Shown here in pieces: positions 26,496 through 34,800 of a stretch of DNA of 40,578 bases; positions within the stretch are counted from its first letter, which is position 1; every line of letters starts with the position of its first letter. The stretch lies in contig JBLMXA010000867.1 in the NCBI GenBank assembly GCA_050257515.1, forward strand, positions 1 to 40,578. The letters run 5' to 3'. The notes beneath the pieces are model-generated. The model had not been told where the DNA came from. It searched no databases and saw nothing but the letters and a program-made list of their open reading frames with translations. A program made the position numbers and the translations under genes. The DNA comes from Acidobacteriota bacterium. Lineage in GTDB: Bacteria; Myxococcota_A; Polyangia; Haliangiales; Haliangiaceae.

Positions 26496-28112
26496 ATGGC
26501 GCACAAGCAGCTCCTGTTTCGCAGCGAGGCCCGTGCGAAGATCCTGCGCGGCGCGACAGCACTCGCCGACGCCGTGCGCATCACGCTCGGGCCGCGGTCG
26601 AAGTCGATCCTGATCGCGAAGAAGTGGGGCGCGCCGATCGTGTGCAACGACGGCGTCACGATCGCGAAGGAGCTCGAGCTCGAGGATCCCGAGCAGGATC
26701 TCGGCGTCAAGATGCTGCGCCAGGCCGCCGAGCGCACCGGCGACGCGGTCGGCGACGGCACGAGCACGTCGACGCTGCTCGCTCACGCGATCTACGCCGA
26801 TGGCGTGCGCAACGTCGAGGCCGGCGCGGGCGCGATCGATCTCAAGCGCGGGCTCGACCGCGGGCTGCGCGCGGCGGTCGCCGCGATCCGCAACGTGTCG
26901 CGGCCGATCACGAGCCGCCGCGAGAAGGAGCAGATCGCGACGATCTCGGCGCACAACGATGCCTCGCTCGGCAAGCTCGTCGCCGATGCCGTCGAGCGCG
27001 TCGGCGCCGATGGCGTGGTGTCGCTCGAGGAGGCGAAGGGGACCGAGACCGCGCTCGACGTCGTCGAGGGCATGTCGTTCGATCGCGGCTTCCTGTCGCC
27101 GTACTTCGTCACCGACGCGGCGCGGATGGAGTGCGTGCTCGAGAAGCCGCTGATCTTGATCTACGAGGCAAAGGTCACGTCGATGCAGGCACTCGTACCG
27201 GTGCTCGAGAGCGTCGCGCAGAGCGGGCGGCCGCTGTTCGTGATCGCCGAGGACGTCGAGACCGAGGCGCTCGCGACGTTGATCGTCAACAAGGTGCGCG
27301 GCACGCTCGCGTCGGCGGCCGTCAAGGCGCCCGGGTTCGGCGATCGCCGCAAGGAGTTGCTCGCCGACATCGCGACGCTCACCGGCGGGCGCCTGATCTC
27401 GGCCGAGCTCGGCCACAAGCTCGAGCACGTCAAGCTCGAGGATCTCGGCACGGCGTCGCGCGTCGTGATCGACAAGGACACCACCGCGATCATCGGTGGC
27501 GCCGGCGACAAGCGCGCGATCGCCGACCGCATCGAGCGGATCCGGCGCGACATCCGCGACAGCAAGAGCGATTACGACAAGGACAAGCTGCAGGAGCGGC
27601 TCGCGAAGCTGACCGGCGGCGTCGCGGTGATCCGCGTCGGCGCGTCGACCGAGGCCGAGCTCAAGAGCCGCAAGGAGGCGCTCGAGGACGCGGTCAGCGC
27701 GACGAAGGCCGCGCTCGCCGAAGGGATCGTGCCGGGCTGTGGGCTCGCGCTGCTGCGCGCGATCGAGGCCGTGCGGCTCGAGCAGAAGACGTGCGACGGC
27801 GACGAGCTGACCGGGCTCAAGATCCTCGAGCGCGCGCTCGACGCGCCGACGCGCACGATCGCCGAGAACTCCGGCTACGACGACGGTGTCGTGGTGGAGA
27901 AGATGCGCGCGGGCAGCGGCAACCAGGGCTTCGACGCGGCGCGCGGGGTCTACTGCGATCTGATCGAGGCCGGCATCATCGATCCGACGAAGGTCGTGCG
28001 GCTCGCGCTCGAGCACGCGGTGTCGGTCGCGAGCGTGCTGCTGCTCAGCGACGCGACGATGACCGACGTGCCGGAGCCGCAGAAGCATCCGGTGGAAGGA
28101 TTAGAGCCATGA
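26496..28112 (+). CDS. groEL: Chaperonin GroEL paralog (Cpn60) lacking the C-terminal GGM repeat tail; no adjacent groES
   Basis: Track ORF 26496..28112. MAHKQLLFRSEARAKILRGATALADAVRITLGP aligns residue for residue with the E. coli GroEL N-terminus. Also present: the ATP site DAVGDGTSTST, the apical segment PLFVIAEDVETEALATLIVNKVRGTL..AAVKAPGFGDRRK, and IDPTKVVRLALEHA. The C-terminus is ...DVPEPQKHPVEGLEP instead of (GGM)n. Confidence 0.92.
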   Translation: MAHKQLLFRSEARAKILRGATALADAVRITLGPRSKSILIAKKWGAPIVCNDGVTIAKELELEDPEQDLGVKMLRQAAERTGDAVGDGTSTSTLLAHAIYADGVRNVEAGAGAIDLKRGLDRGLRAAVAAIRNVSRPITSRREKEQIATISAHNDASLGKLVADAVERVGADGVVSLEEAKGTETALDVVEGMSFDRGFLSPYFVTDAARMECVLEKPLILIYEAKVTSMQALVPVLESVAQSGRPLFVIAEDVETEALATLIVNKVRGTLASAAVKAPGFGDRRKELLADIATLTGGRLISAELGHKLEHVKLEDLGTASRVVIDKDTTAIIGGAGDKRAIADRIERIRRDIRDSKSDYDKDKLQERLAKLTGGVAVIRVGASTEAELKSRKEALEDAVSATKAALAEGIVPGCGLALLRAIEAVRLEQKTCDGDELTGLKILERALDAPTRTIAENSGYDDGVVVEKMRAGSGNQGFDAARGVYCDLIEAGIIDPTKVVRLALEHAVSVASVLLLSDATMTDVPEPQKHPVEGLEP

Positions 28113-30466
28113 CGTACGTGAAGTGGTTCCGCGAGCTCGACCGCAGCCAGATCGGCACGGTCGGCGGCAAGAACGCCAACCTCGGTGAGCTGATCAAGAA
28201 CCTCGGCACGCTCGACATCCGCGTGCCGAACGGCTTCGCGCTCGACGCCGAGGCGTTCCGCGAGCACCTGCGCGCGGCGCGCCTCGATGCCGAGATCTAC
28301 GCGGCGCTCGACGCGATCGATCTGCACGACGTCGCCGCGCTCGACCGCGTCGGCCGCCAGGTCCGCGAGCGCGTGCGCGCCGCGCCGCTGCCGGCGGCGA
28401 TCGAGCGCGAGCTGCTCGACGCGTACGCGAAGCTGTCGCGCGAGTACGGCGAGCCGACGACCGACGTCGCGGTGCGCGCGAGCGCGACCGCCGAGGATCT
28501 GCCCGAGGCGTCGTTCGCGGGGCAGCAGGAGAGCTACCTCAACGTGCGCGGGCCCGCGGCGCTGGTCGACGCGGTGAAGGCGTGCATGGCGTCGCTGTTC
28601 ACCGACCGCGCGATCGTCTACCGCGCCGAGCGCAAGTACCCGCATCGCGCGGTCGCGCTGTCGGTCGGCATCCAGAAGATGGTGCGCAGCGATCTCGCGT
28701 GCGCCGGCGTGATGTTCACGCTCGACACCGAGTCGGGGTTCCGCGACGTCGTCGAGATCGACGGCGCGTGGGGGCTCGGCGAGAACGTCGTCAAGGGCAA
28801 GGTCAACCCCGACGAGCTCGCGATCCACAAGCCGACGCTCGCGCGCGGCTTCCGCTCGATCGTGCGGCGCGAGCTCGGCGACAAGGCGACGAAGCTCGTG
28901 TACGCCGAAGGCGGCAACGCGGCGACGCGCGAGGTGCGGGTGACGGCCGCCGACCGCGCGCGCTGCGTGCTCACCGACGACGAGGCGCTCGCGCTCGCGC
29001 GCTGGGGCGTCGCGATCGAGCAGCACTACGGCATGCCGATGGACATCGAGTGGGCCAAGGACGGCCGCGACGACCAGCTCTACATCGTGCAGGCGCGGCC
29101 GGAGACCGTGCACTCGCGGCGCACCGCCACGACGCTCGAGCTGTACCGCCTGCGCGGCAAGGGCGAGGTGCGCGTGACCGGCAAGAGCGTCGGCGGCAAG
29201 ATCGGCACCGGCCGCGTGCGCGTGATCCACGACCCGGCCCAGCTCGCCGAGTTCCGCGACGGCGAGGTGCTCGTCGCCGAGATGACCGATCCCGACTGGG
29301 AGCCGGTGCTCGCGCGCGCCGCCGCCGTCGTCACCGATCAGGGCGGTCGCACCTGCCACGCCGCGATCGTGTCGCGCGAGCTCGGCATCCCGTGCGTCGT
29401 CGGCACCGGCGACGCGACCCGCAAGCTCGCGACCGGCGAGCTCGTCACCGTGAGCTGCGCCGAGGGCACCGAGGGTCACGTCTACGCCGGCGCCGTCGGC
29501 TTCGTGCGCGAGGTGATCGATCCGGCGACGCTGCCGAAGCCGCGCGTGCCGGTGATGCTCAACGTCGGCAACCCCGACCGCGCGTTCCAGCTCGGCATGC
29601 TGCCGAGCGCGGGCGTCGGCCTCGCGCGCATCGAGTTCATCATCTCGGCGCACATCGGCATCCATCCGATGGCGCTGCTGCACCCGCAGCGCGTCGCGGA
29701 TCCCGGCGTGCTCGCCGAGATCCGCACGCGGCTCGCCGGCGCCGATCCGAAGGAGTACTTCATCGACCGGCTCGCGACCGGCGTCGCCCGGATCGCGGCG
29801 GCGGTCTTCCCGCGCCCGGTGATCGTCCGGTTCTCGGACTTCAAGACGAACGAGTACGCGAACCTGCTCGGCGGTGCGGCGTTCGAGCCGGTCGAGGCGA
29901 ACCCGATGATCGGCTTCCGCGGCGCGTCGCGCTACTACGACGAGCGCTACCGCGAGGGCTTCGCGCTCGAGTGCGCCGCGATCCAGCGCGTGCGCGACGT
30001 CATGGGCCTCACGAACGTGATGGTGATGATCCCGTTCTGCCGCACGCTCGACGAGGCGCGCAAGGTCCAGCTCGAGATGGCCGCGAACGGGCTCGCGCGC
30101 GACGGCCTCAAGGTCTACGTGATGTGCGAGATCCCGAACAACGTCGTGCTCGCCGACGAGTTCTGCGAGCTGTTCGATGGCTTCTCGATCGGGTCGAACG
30201 ATCTCACGCAGCTCACGCTCGGCGTCGATCGCGACTCGCAGCTGCTCGCGCACCTGTTCGACGAGCAGGACCCGGGCGTCAAGAAGCTGATCTCGGAGGT
30301 GGTCGAGACCGCGCACCAGCACGGCCGCAAGGTCGGGCTGTGCGGCCAGGCGCCGAGCGATCATCCCGAGTTCGCCGCGTTCCTCGCCGACCTCGGCATC
30401 GACAGCATCTCGGTCACCCCCGACGCGCTCGCCGCGGTGACGCGCCGGCTCGCGACAAGGAGCTGA
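28109..30466 (+). CDS. ppsA: Phosphoenolpyruvate synthase (pyruvate, water dikinase)
   Basis: Last 785 aa of track ORF 26402..30466. It has the N-terminal PPDK_N/ATP-grasp domain (VGGKNANLGEL), the phosphohistidine swivel (GGRTCHAAIVSRELGIP) and the C-terminal PEP-utilizer TIM barrel (GFSIGSNDLTQL). ATG 28109 overlaps the groEL TGA (ATGA). Confidence 0.92.
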   Translation: MTYVKWFRELDRSQIGTVGGKNANLGELIKNLGTLDIRVPNGFALDAEAFREHLRAARLDAEIYAALDAIDLHDVAALDRVGRQVRERVRAAPLPAAIERELLDAYAKLSREYGEPTTDVAVRASATAEDLPEASFAGQQESYLNVRGPAALVDAVKACMASLFTDRAIVYRAERKYPHRAVALSVGIQKMVRSDLACAGVMFTLDTESGFRDVVEIDGAWGLGENVVKGKVNPDELAIHKPTLARGFRSIVRRELGDKATKLVYAEGGNAATREVRVTAADRARCVLTDDEALALARWGVAIEQHYGMPMDIEWAKDGRDDQLYIVQARPETVHSRRTATTLELYRLRGKGEVRVTGKSVGGKIGTGRVRVIHDPAQLAEFRDGEVLVAEMTDPDWEPVLARAAAVVTDQGGRTCHAAIVSRELGIPCVVGTGDATRKLATGELVTVSCAEGTEGHVYAGAVGFVREVIDPATLPKPRVPVMLNVGNPDRAFQLGMLPSAGVGLARIEFIISAHIGIHPMALLHPQRVADPGVLAEIRTRLAGADPKEYFIDRLATGVARIAAAVFPRPVIVRFSDFKTNEYANLLGGAAFEPVEANPMIGFRGASRYYDERYREGFALECAAIQRVRDVMGLTNVMVMIPFCRTLDEARKVQLEMAANGLARDGLKVYVMCEIPNNVVLADEFCELFDGFSIGSNDLTQLTLGVDRDSQLLAHLFDEQDPGVKKLISEVVETAHQHGRKVGLCGQAPSDHPEFAAFLADLGIDSISVTPDALAAVTRRLATRS

Positions 30467-30467
30467 C

Positions 30468-31655
30468 ATGCCGAACCCCGCGCACCATCACGTCTGGCGA
30501 AACTCGCTGATCGTCGCCGCGCTGCTCGCGGTGGTCGCGGGGGGCTGGTGGCTCGCTCGCAGGCGGGCGGCGTCGCGTGCGCCGGCGTTCCAGTACGAGA
30601 TGGTCCCGATCGATCGCGGCCCGATCCGCGCGAAGGTCACCGCGACCGGCACGGTCAACCCGATCAAGACCGTGCAGGTCGGCACGCAGGTGTCGGGGAC
30701 GATCCAGTCACTCGGCGCCGACTTCAACACCGAGGTCGTGCCCGGCCAGATGCTCGCACAGATCGATCCACGGCCGTTCCAGGCCGCGGTCAACCAGGCG
30801 CGCGCGAACCTCGTCGCCGCGCAGGCGAACGCGCGCAAGGCGAAGGCCAGCGCCGCCGACGCCCGCTCGATCGCGAACCGCAACCGCGAGCTCGCGGCGC
30901 AGAAGCTCGTCGCGCAGCAGACCGCCGATACCGCCGAGGCGAACGCGAAGGTCGCCGAGGCGGCGTACGACGCCGCGCGCGCCGCCGAGACGCAGGTGAG
31001 GGCCGCGCTCGACACCGCGCAGCTCAACCTGTCGTACACGCACATCACGTCGCCGATCCGCGGCACCGTGATCACGCGCAACGTCGACGTCGGCCAGACC
31101 GTCGCGGCCTCGTTCGCGGCGCCGACCCTGTTCCTGATCGGCGAGGACCTCACGAAGATGCAGGTCGACACCAACATCGCCGAGGCCGACGTCGGGCGGC
31201 TCGAGCCCGGGATGAAGGCGACGTTCCGCGTCGACGCGTATCCGTCGCAGACGTTCGAGGGGCAGATCCGCGAGATCCGCAGCTCGCCGCAGATCATCCA
31301 GAACGTCGTCACCTACGACGCCGTGATCGACGTCGCGAACCCCGACCTGCTGCTCAAGCCGGGGATGACCGCGAACCTCGAGGTCGTCTATGCCGACCGC
31401 GCGGACGTCGTGCGCGTCGCGAACGCCGCGCTGCGCTTCCATCCGACGCCCGCGCAGGTCGGCGGCACACCGGCGACCGCGCCGCTCGGCAAGCGCCTGG
31501 TGTGGATCGAGCGCGGCGCGCGCCTCGTGCCGGTGATCTTCGAGCCAGGCGTCAGCGATGGCACGTACACCGAGGTCAAGGCCGGCGCGCTCGCGCCCGG
31601 TGACCGCGCGGTGACCGAGGCGATCGGAGGCGCCGCGGCGAAGGGGCCGTCATGA
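30468..31655 (+). CDS. Efflux periplasmic adaptor (membrane fusion protein, MacA/HlyD-like)
   Basis: Track ORF 30468..31655. It has an N-terminal TM anchor, a lipoyl/barrel segment (VSGTIQSL...AQIDP), a long coiled-coil hairpin (NLVAAQANARKAKA...LDTAQLNLSYTHITSPIRGTV) and beta-barrel domains. AAGGAG lies 5 nt before the ATG, which is 1 nt after the ppsA stop. Confidence 0.85.
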   Translation: MPNPAHHHVWRNSLIVAALLAVVAGGWWLARRRAASRAPAFQYEMVPIDRGPIRAKVTATGTVNPIKTVQVGTQVSGTIQSLGADFNTEVVPGQMLAQIDPRPFQAAVNQARANLVAAQANARKAKASAADARSIANRNRELAAQKLVAQQTADTAEANAKVAEAAYDAARAAETQVRAALDTAQLNLSYTHITSPIRGTVITRNVDVGQTVAASFAAPTLFLIGEDLTKMQVDTNIAEADVGRLEPGMKATFRVDAYPSQTFEGQIREIRSSPQIIQNVVTYDAVIDVANPDLLLKPGMTANLEVVYADRADVVRVANAALRFHPTPAQVGGTPATAPLGKRLVWIERGARLVPVIFEPGVSDGTYTEVKAGALAPGDRAVTEAIGGAAAKGPS

Positions 31656-32377
31656 CCGCGCTGATCGAGCTGCAGCACGTCGGCAAGGTCTACCAGATGG
31701 GTGACGTGCAGGTCGTCGCGCTCGCCGACGTGTCGCTCGACATCGCGCGCGGCCAGTTCGTGTCGATCATGGGCGCGTCGGGCTCGGGCAAGTCGACGCT
31801 GATGAACATGATCGGCTGCCTCGACCGGCCGACGACCGGGCGCTACCTGCTCGACGGCACCGACGTCGGCGCGCTGTCGCGCAACGACCGCGCGCGGCTG
31901 CGCAACGAGACGATCGGCTTCGTGTTTCAGCACTTCAACCTGCTCGCGCGCACGAGCGCCCTCGAGAACGTCGAGGTGCCGCTGATCTACGCGAACGTGT
32001 CGGCGCGCCACCGCCGCGAGCGGGCGATGCACGCGCTCCAGCGCGTCGGCATCGCGGACCGCGCGAGCCACCAGCCGAACCAGCTGTCCGGCGGGCAGCA
32101 GCAGCGCGTCGCGATCGCGCGCGCGCTCGTCAACGATCCGAAGCTGATCCTCGCGGACGAGCCGACCGGGGCGCTCGACACGCACACGAGCATGGAGGTG
32201 ATGGAGCTGTTCCAGGCGCTCGGCGCCTCGGGGATCACGATCGTGCTCGTCACCCACGAGCTCGACATCGGCGCGTGCGCGCAGCGCGCGATCACGATGC
32301 GCGACGGCCGCATCGTCAGCGATACGCCCCAGGTGCCGCGCGACGCGCACGCGATGCTGCCGGAGGTCGCCGCATGA
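31652..32377 (+). CDS. ABC transporter ATP-binding protein (MacB/LolD-type)
   Basis: Track ORF 31652..32377. Walker A GASGSGKST, Q-loop, signature LSGGQQQRVAIARAL, Walker B LILADEPTGALD and H-loop VTHE. It has an ATGA overlap with the adaptor gene. Confidence 0.92.
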   Translation: MTALIELQHVGKVYQMGDVQVVALADVSLDIARGQFVSIMGASGSGKSTLMNMIGCLDRPTTGRYLLDGTDVGALSRNDRARLRNETIGFVFQHFNLLARTSALENVEVPLIYANVSARHRRERAMHALQRVGIADRASHQPNQLSGGQQQRVAIARALVNDPKLILADEPTGALDTHTSMEVMELFQALGASGITIVLVTHELDIGACAQRAITMRDGRIVSDTPQVPRDAHAMLPEVAA

Positions 32378-33606
32378 GCACCGCCGCGATCGCGAAGGTC
32401 GCGGCGGGCGCGCTGCTGCGCAACAAGCTGCGCTCCGCGCTGACGACGCTCGGCGTCGTGATCGGCGTCGCCGCGGTGATCGCGATGGTCGCGATCGGCG
32501 AGGGTGCGCGGCGGCGCGTCGAGCAGGCGTTCGAGAGCATGGGGACGAACCTGTTGATCATCGTCCCCGGCTCGTCACAGGCGGGCGGCATGTTCGGCGG
32601 CGCGGGCAGCAAGCCGACCGTGACGTGGGCTGATCTCGACGCGATCCGTCGCGAGTGCTCCGCGGTGCTTGCAGCCGCGCCGGTGATGCGGACGGGCGCC
32701 GTGATCCAGGCCGAGGACATGAACTGGACGACGGGCGTGATCGGCACGAGCCCGGACTACATGCGAGTGCGCAACTGGCACGTGACCAGCGGGCGCGCGA
32801 TCGACGCGGGCGACGTCGACGGCCAGGCCAAGGTCGTGGTGCTCGGCGGGACCGTCGTCGACAAGCTGTGGGGGCCGCGCTTCGACCCGGTCGGCCGCAC
32901 GGTGCGCATCCGCGGCAACCCGTTCGTCGTGATCGGCGTGCTCGAGCGCAAGGGCCAGTCGCCGATGGGACAGGATTACGACGACACCGCGATCGTCCCG
33001 TACACGACGTTCCAGACGAAGCTGTCGAGCGCGGGGCTGGGCAGCCTGCTCAACGGCGTGGTGTTCGTCAGCGCGATCTCGTCGAGCGAGACCGCGCGCG
33101 CGCAGGCTCAGATCGAGAACCTGCTGCGCGATCGCCACAAGATCGCCGCGGCGATGGACGACGACTTCCAGGTCCGCAACCTCGCCGAGCTGGCGGCCGC
33201 CCAGCAGCAGGGCACGTCCGTGCTGACGACGCTGCTCGCCGCGATCGCGGTCGTGTCGCTCGTCGTCGGCGGCATCGGCATCATGAACATCATGCTCGTC
33301 AGCGTGACCGAGCGAACGCGCGAGATCGGCGTGCGCATGGCGGTCGGCGCGCGCTCCTGGCACGTGCTCGGCCAGTTCCTCGGCGAGGCGCTCGCGCTGT
33401 CGCTCGCGGGCGGCGCGCTCGGCATCGCGCTCGGCGTGGTGGTCGCACGCCAGCTCGCGGCGAAGTTCCACATGCCGCTGATGGTGCACTGGAACGTGAT
33501 CCTGCTCGCCGTCGGGTTCTCGGCCGCCGTTGGCATCGTGTTCGGCCTGTATCCGGCACGCAAGGCGAGCCGGCTCGATCCGATCGACGCGCTGCGGTTC
33601 GAGTAG
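32374..33606 (+). CDS. ABC transporter permease (MacB periplasmic core domain plus FtsX TM domain)
   Basis: Last 410 aa of track ORF 32275..33606, starting at ATG 32374 (ATGA overlap). Contains N-terminal RNKLRSALTTLGVVIGVAAVIAM, a large periplasmic domain, and the C-terminal FtsX motif MLVSVTERTREIGVRMAVGA...YPARKASRLDPIDALR. Confidence 0.92.
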   Translation: MSTAAIAKVAAGALLRNKLRSALTTLGVVIGVAAVIAMVAIGEGARRRVEQAFESMGTNLLIIVPGSSQAGGMFGGAGSKPTVTWADLDAIRRECSAVLAAAPVMRTGAVIQAEDMNWTTGVIGTSPDYMRVRNWHVTSGRAIDAGDVDGQAKVVVLGGTVVDKLWGPRFDPVGRTVRIRGNPFVVIGVLERKGQSPMGQDYDDTAIVPYTTFQTKLSSAGLGSLLNGVVFVSAISSSETARAQAQIENLLRDRHKIAAAMDDDFQVRNLAELAAAQQQGTSVLTTLLAAIAVVSLVVGGIGIMNIMLVSVTERTREIGVRMAVGARSWHVLGQFLGEALALSLAGGALGIALGVVVARQLAAKFHMPLMVHWNVILLAVGFSAAVGIVFGLYPARKASRLDPIDALRFE

Positions 33607-33612
33607 CGGCGG

Positions 33613-33993
33613 TCAGTGCGGGGATAGCCAGCGGGCCGCTGCGTCGGCGCTGTCGTCGGGCCGTGTGTTGAACGCGATCGCCGCGCTCGGCGCGCCGCGA
33701 TGAGCGGCGTTGACGATGGCTTCGAAGTCGGCGAGACGGCCGAGCACGCGCACGCCCGCGCCGATCACGACACAATCGTAGACCTTCGCCCGTAGCTGGC
33801 GCTCGACGTCCGCGCCGGCGGTGCCGTCGGGCTTGACGTAGAACATGTCCGCCTTCCACCCGCGATCGGCGAACTGCTTCAGGGCGAACGCGTTCCCTCC
33901 ACGGATCTTGTCGGCGTTCGTCCCCGGCGGCAGAGCAGGATTGGAATAGTCGACGGTGTCCGGCTCGTAACCGATGTACAGAATTCGCGCCAT
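33613..33993 (-). CDS. Hypothetical protein (126 aa)
   Basis: Last 126 aa of track ORF 33613..34695 (MARILYIGYEPDTVDYSNPALPPG...). GGGGAGG lies 8 nt upstream of ATG 33993. The composition is normal, and I recognise no family. Confidence 0.55.
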   Translation of the reverse strand: MARILYIGYEPDTVDYSNPALPPGTNADKIRGGNAFALKQFADRGWKADMFYVKPDGTAGADVERQLRAKVYDCVVIGAGVRVLGRLADFEAIVNAAHRGAPSAAIAFNTRPDDSADAAARWLSPH

Positions 33994-34062
33994 GACGCGT
34001 GCCTCCCCTTCGTCAGCTCGACGTGTTGCGAGCGTAACATCCGAATCCGTCATAAAGACGTC

Positions 34063-34707
34063 ATGGGCACCTGGGACTACGGCCTGCTCGACAACGACAC
34101 CGCTGCCGACGCGATGGACGAGGTCATGAGCGACGTGCTCCAGCGCGCCGTACGAACGGTCAAGTCGACCTTGTCGCGCCGCAGTGCCGGCGAGCTCGCG
34201 GCACAGCTGGGTCTCCTCGTGCACTATTGGCCCTGGAGCTTCGACACCGCGAGGGCAGACAGCGATCGTGCGGCGATCGACGCGGTCCGCGATGGGATGG
34301 CGCGCAACCGCGCTGTTCTCGACGAGGTCGCACCGGAAGCTCGCGAGCTGCTCGACCGGCTCGCATCCGGCAAGCCACTGCCCAAGGCACCGCGCTTCGA
34401 GGCACTGCTGCGCGCGACACATGCACGGCCGTATCTGCAGGAGCTCGCCGACGACGCGATCGAGGAGGCGGACAGCAACCTCGAGGACGGCTCGTCGGCA
34501 GCCCAGCTCGATCTGCTGCGCGTGCTGGCTCCTCACGTCGAGCTGCCCGCGCGCACGATGCGGCACTGGCTGCGCCGCTGCCGAGAGGCGTTCGCGGAGG
34601 CCGATGATGACGAGCGGATGTTCCGGCGAGCCCATGTCGAGGCTTGCAAGGTTTTCGTCAGCGCTGCATCGGCGGAGGACGACGATGACGAGCACGACGA
34701 CGAGTGA
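34063..34707 (+). CDS. DUF4259-like protein with an acidic C-terminal tail
   Basis: Track ORF 34063..34707. The N-terminus MGTWDYGLLDNDTAADAMDEV matches my recollection of the DUF4259 signature (MG.W..G.FDND.A.D). The C-terminus is EDDDDEHDDE. Confidence 0.55.
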   Translation: MGTWDYGLLDNDTAADAMDEVMSDVLQRAVRTVKSTLSRRSAGELAAQLGLLVHYWPWSFDTARADSDRAAIDAVRDGMARNRAVLDEVAPEARELLDRLASGKPLPKAPRFEALLRATHARPYLQELADDAIEEADSNLEDGSSAAQLDLLRVLAPHVELPARTMRHWLRRCREAFAEADDDERMFRRAHVEACKVFVSAASAEDDDDEHDDE

Positions 34708-34800
34708 GTGATCGCGCCGACGTGTCGATGCGGCTCGTCGGAAACCGTGTCAGACCCGCGTGGTATTCGATCTCGGCGATATCAAGAAAGGGCGTCGGAG

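Noticed and set aside
28109-30466. Rifampin-phosphotransferase-like resistance enzyme, considered because the gene is linked to an efflux pump
   Set aside because: The protein has the C-terminal PEP-utilizer TIM-barrel domain with the GSNDLTQ motif and a PpsA-like length (785 aa). As far as I recall, RPH-type enzymes end with the His swivel domain and lack this barrel.
26265-30510. Long ORFs 26265..28088 (minus), 27950..30469 (minus), 28582..30510 (plus) and the N-terminal 569 aa of 26402..30466
   Set aside because: These are shadow frames of groEL and ppsA with Arg/Ala/Asp/His-rich composition. The real frames show near-complete family signatures and ATGA coupling.
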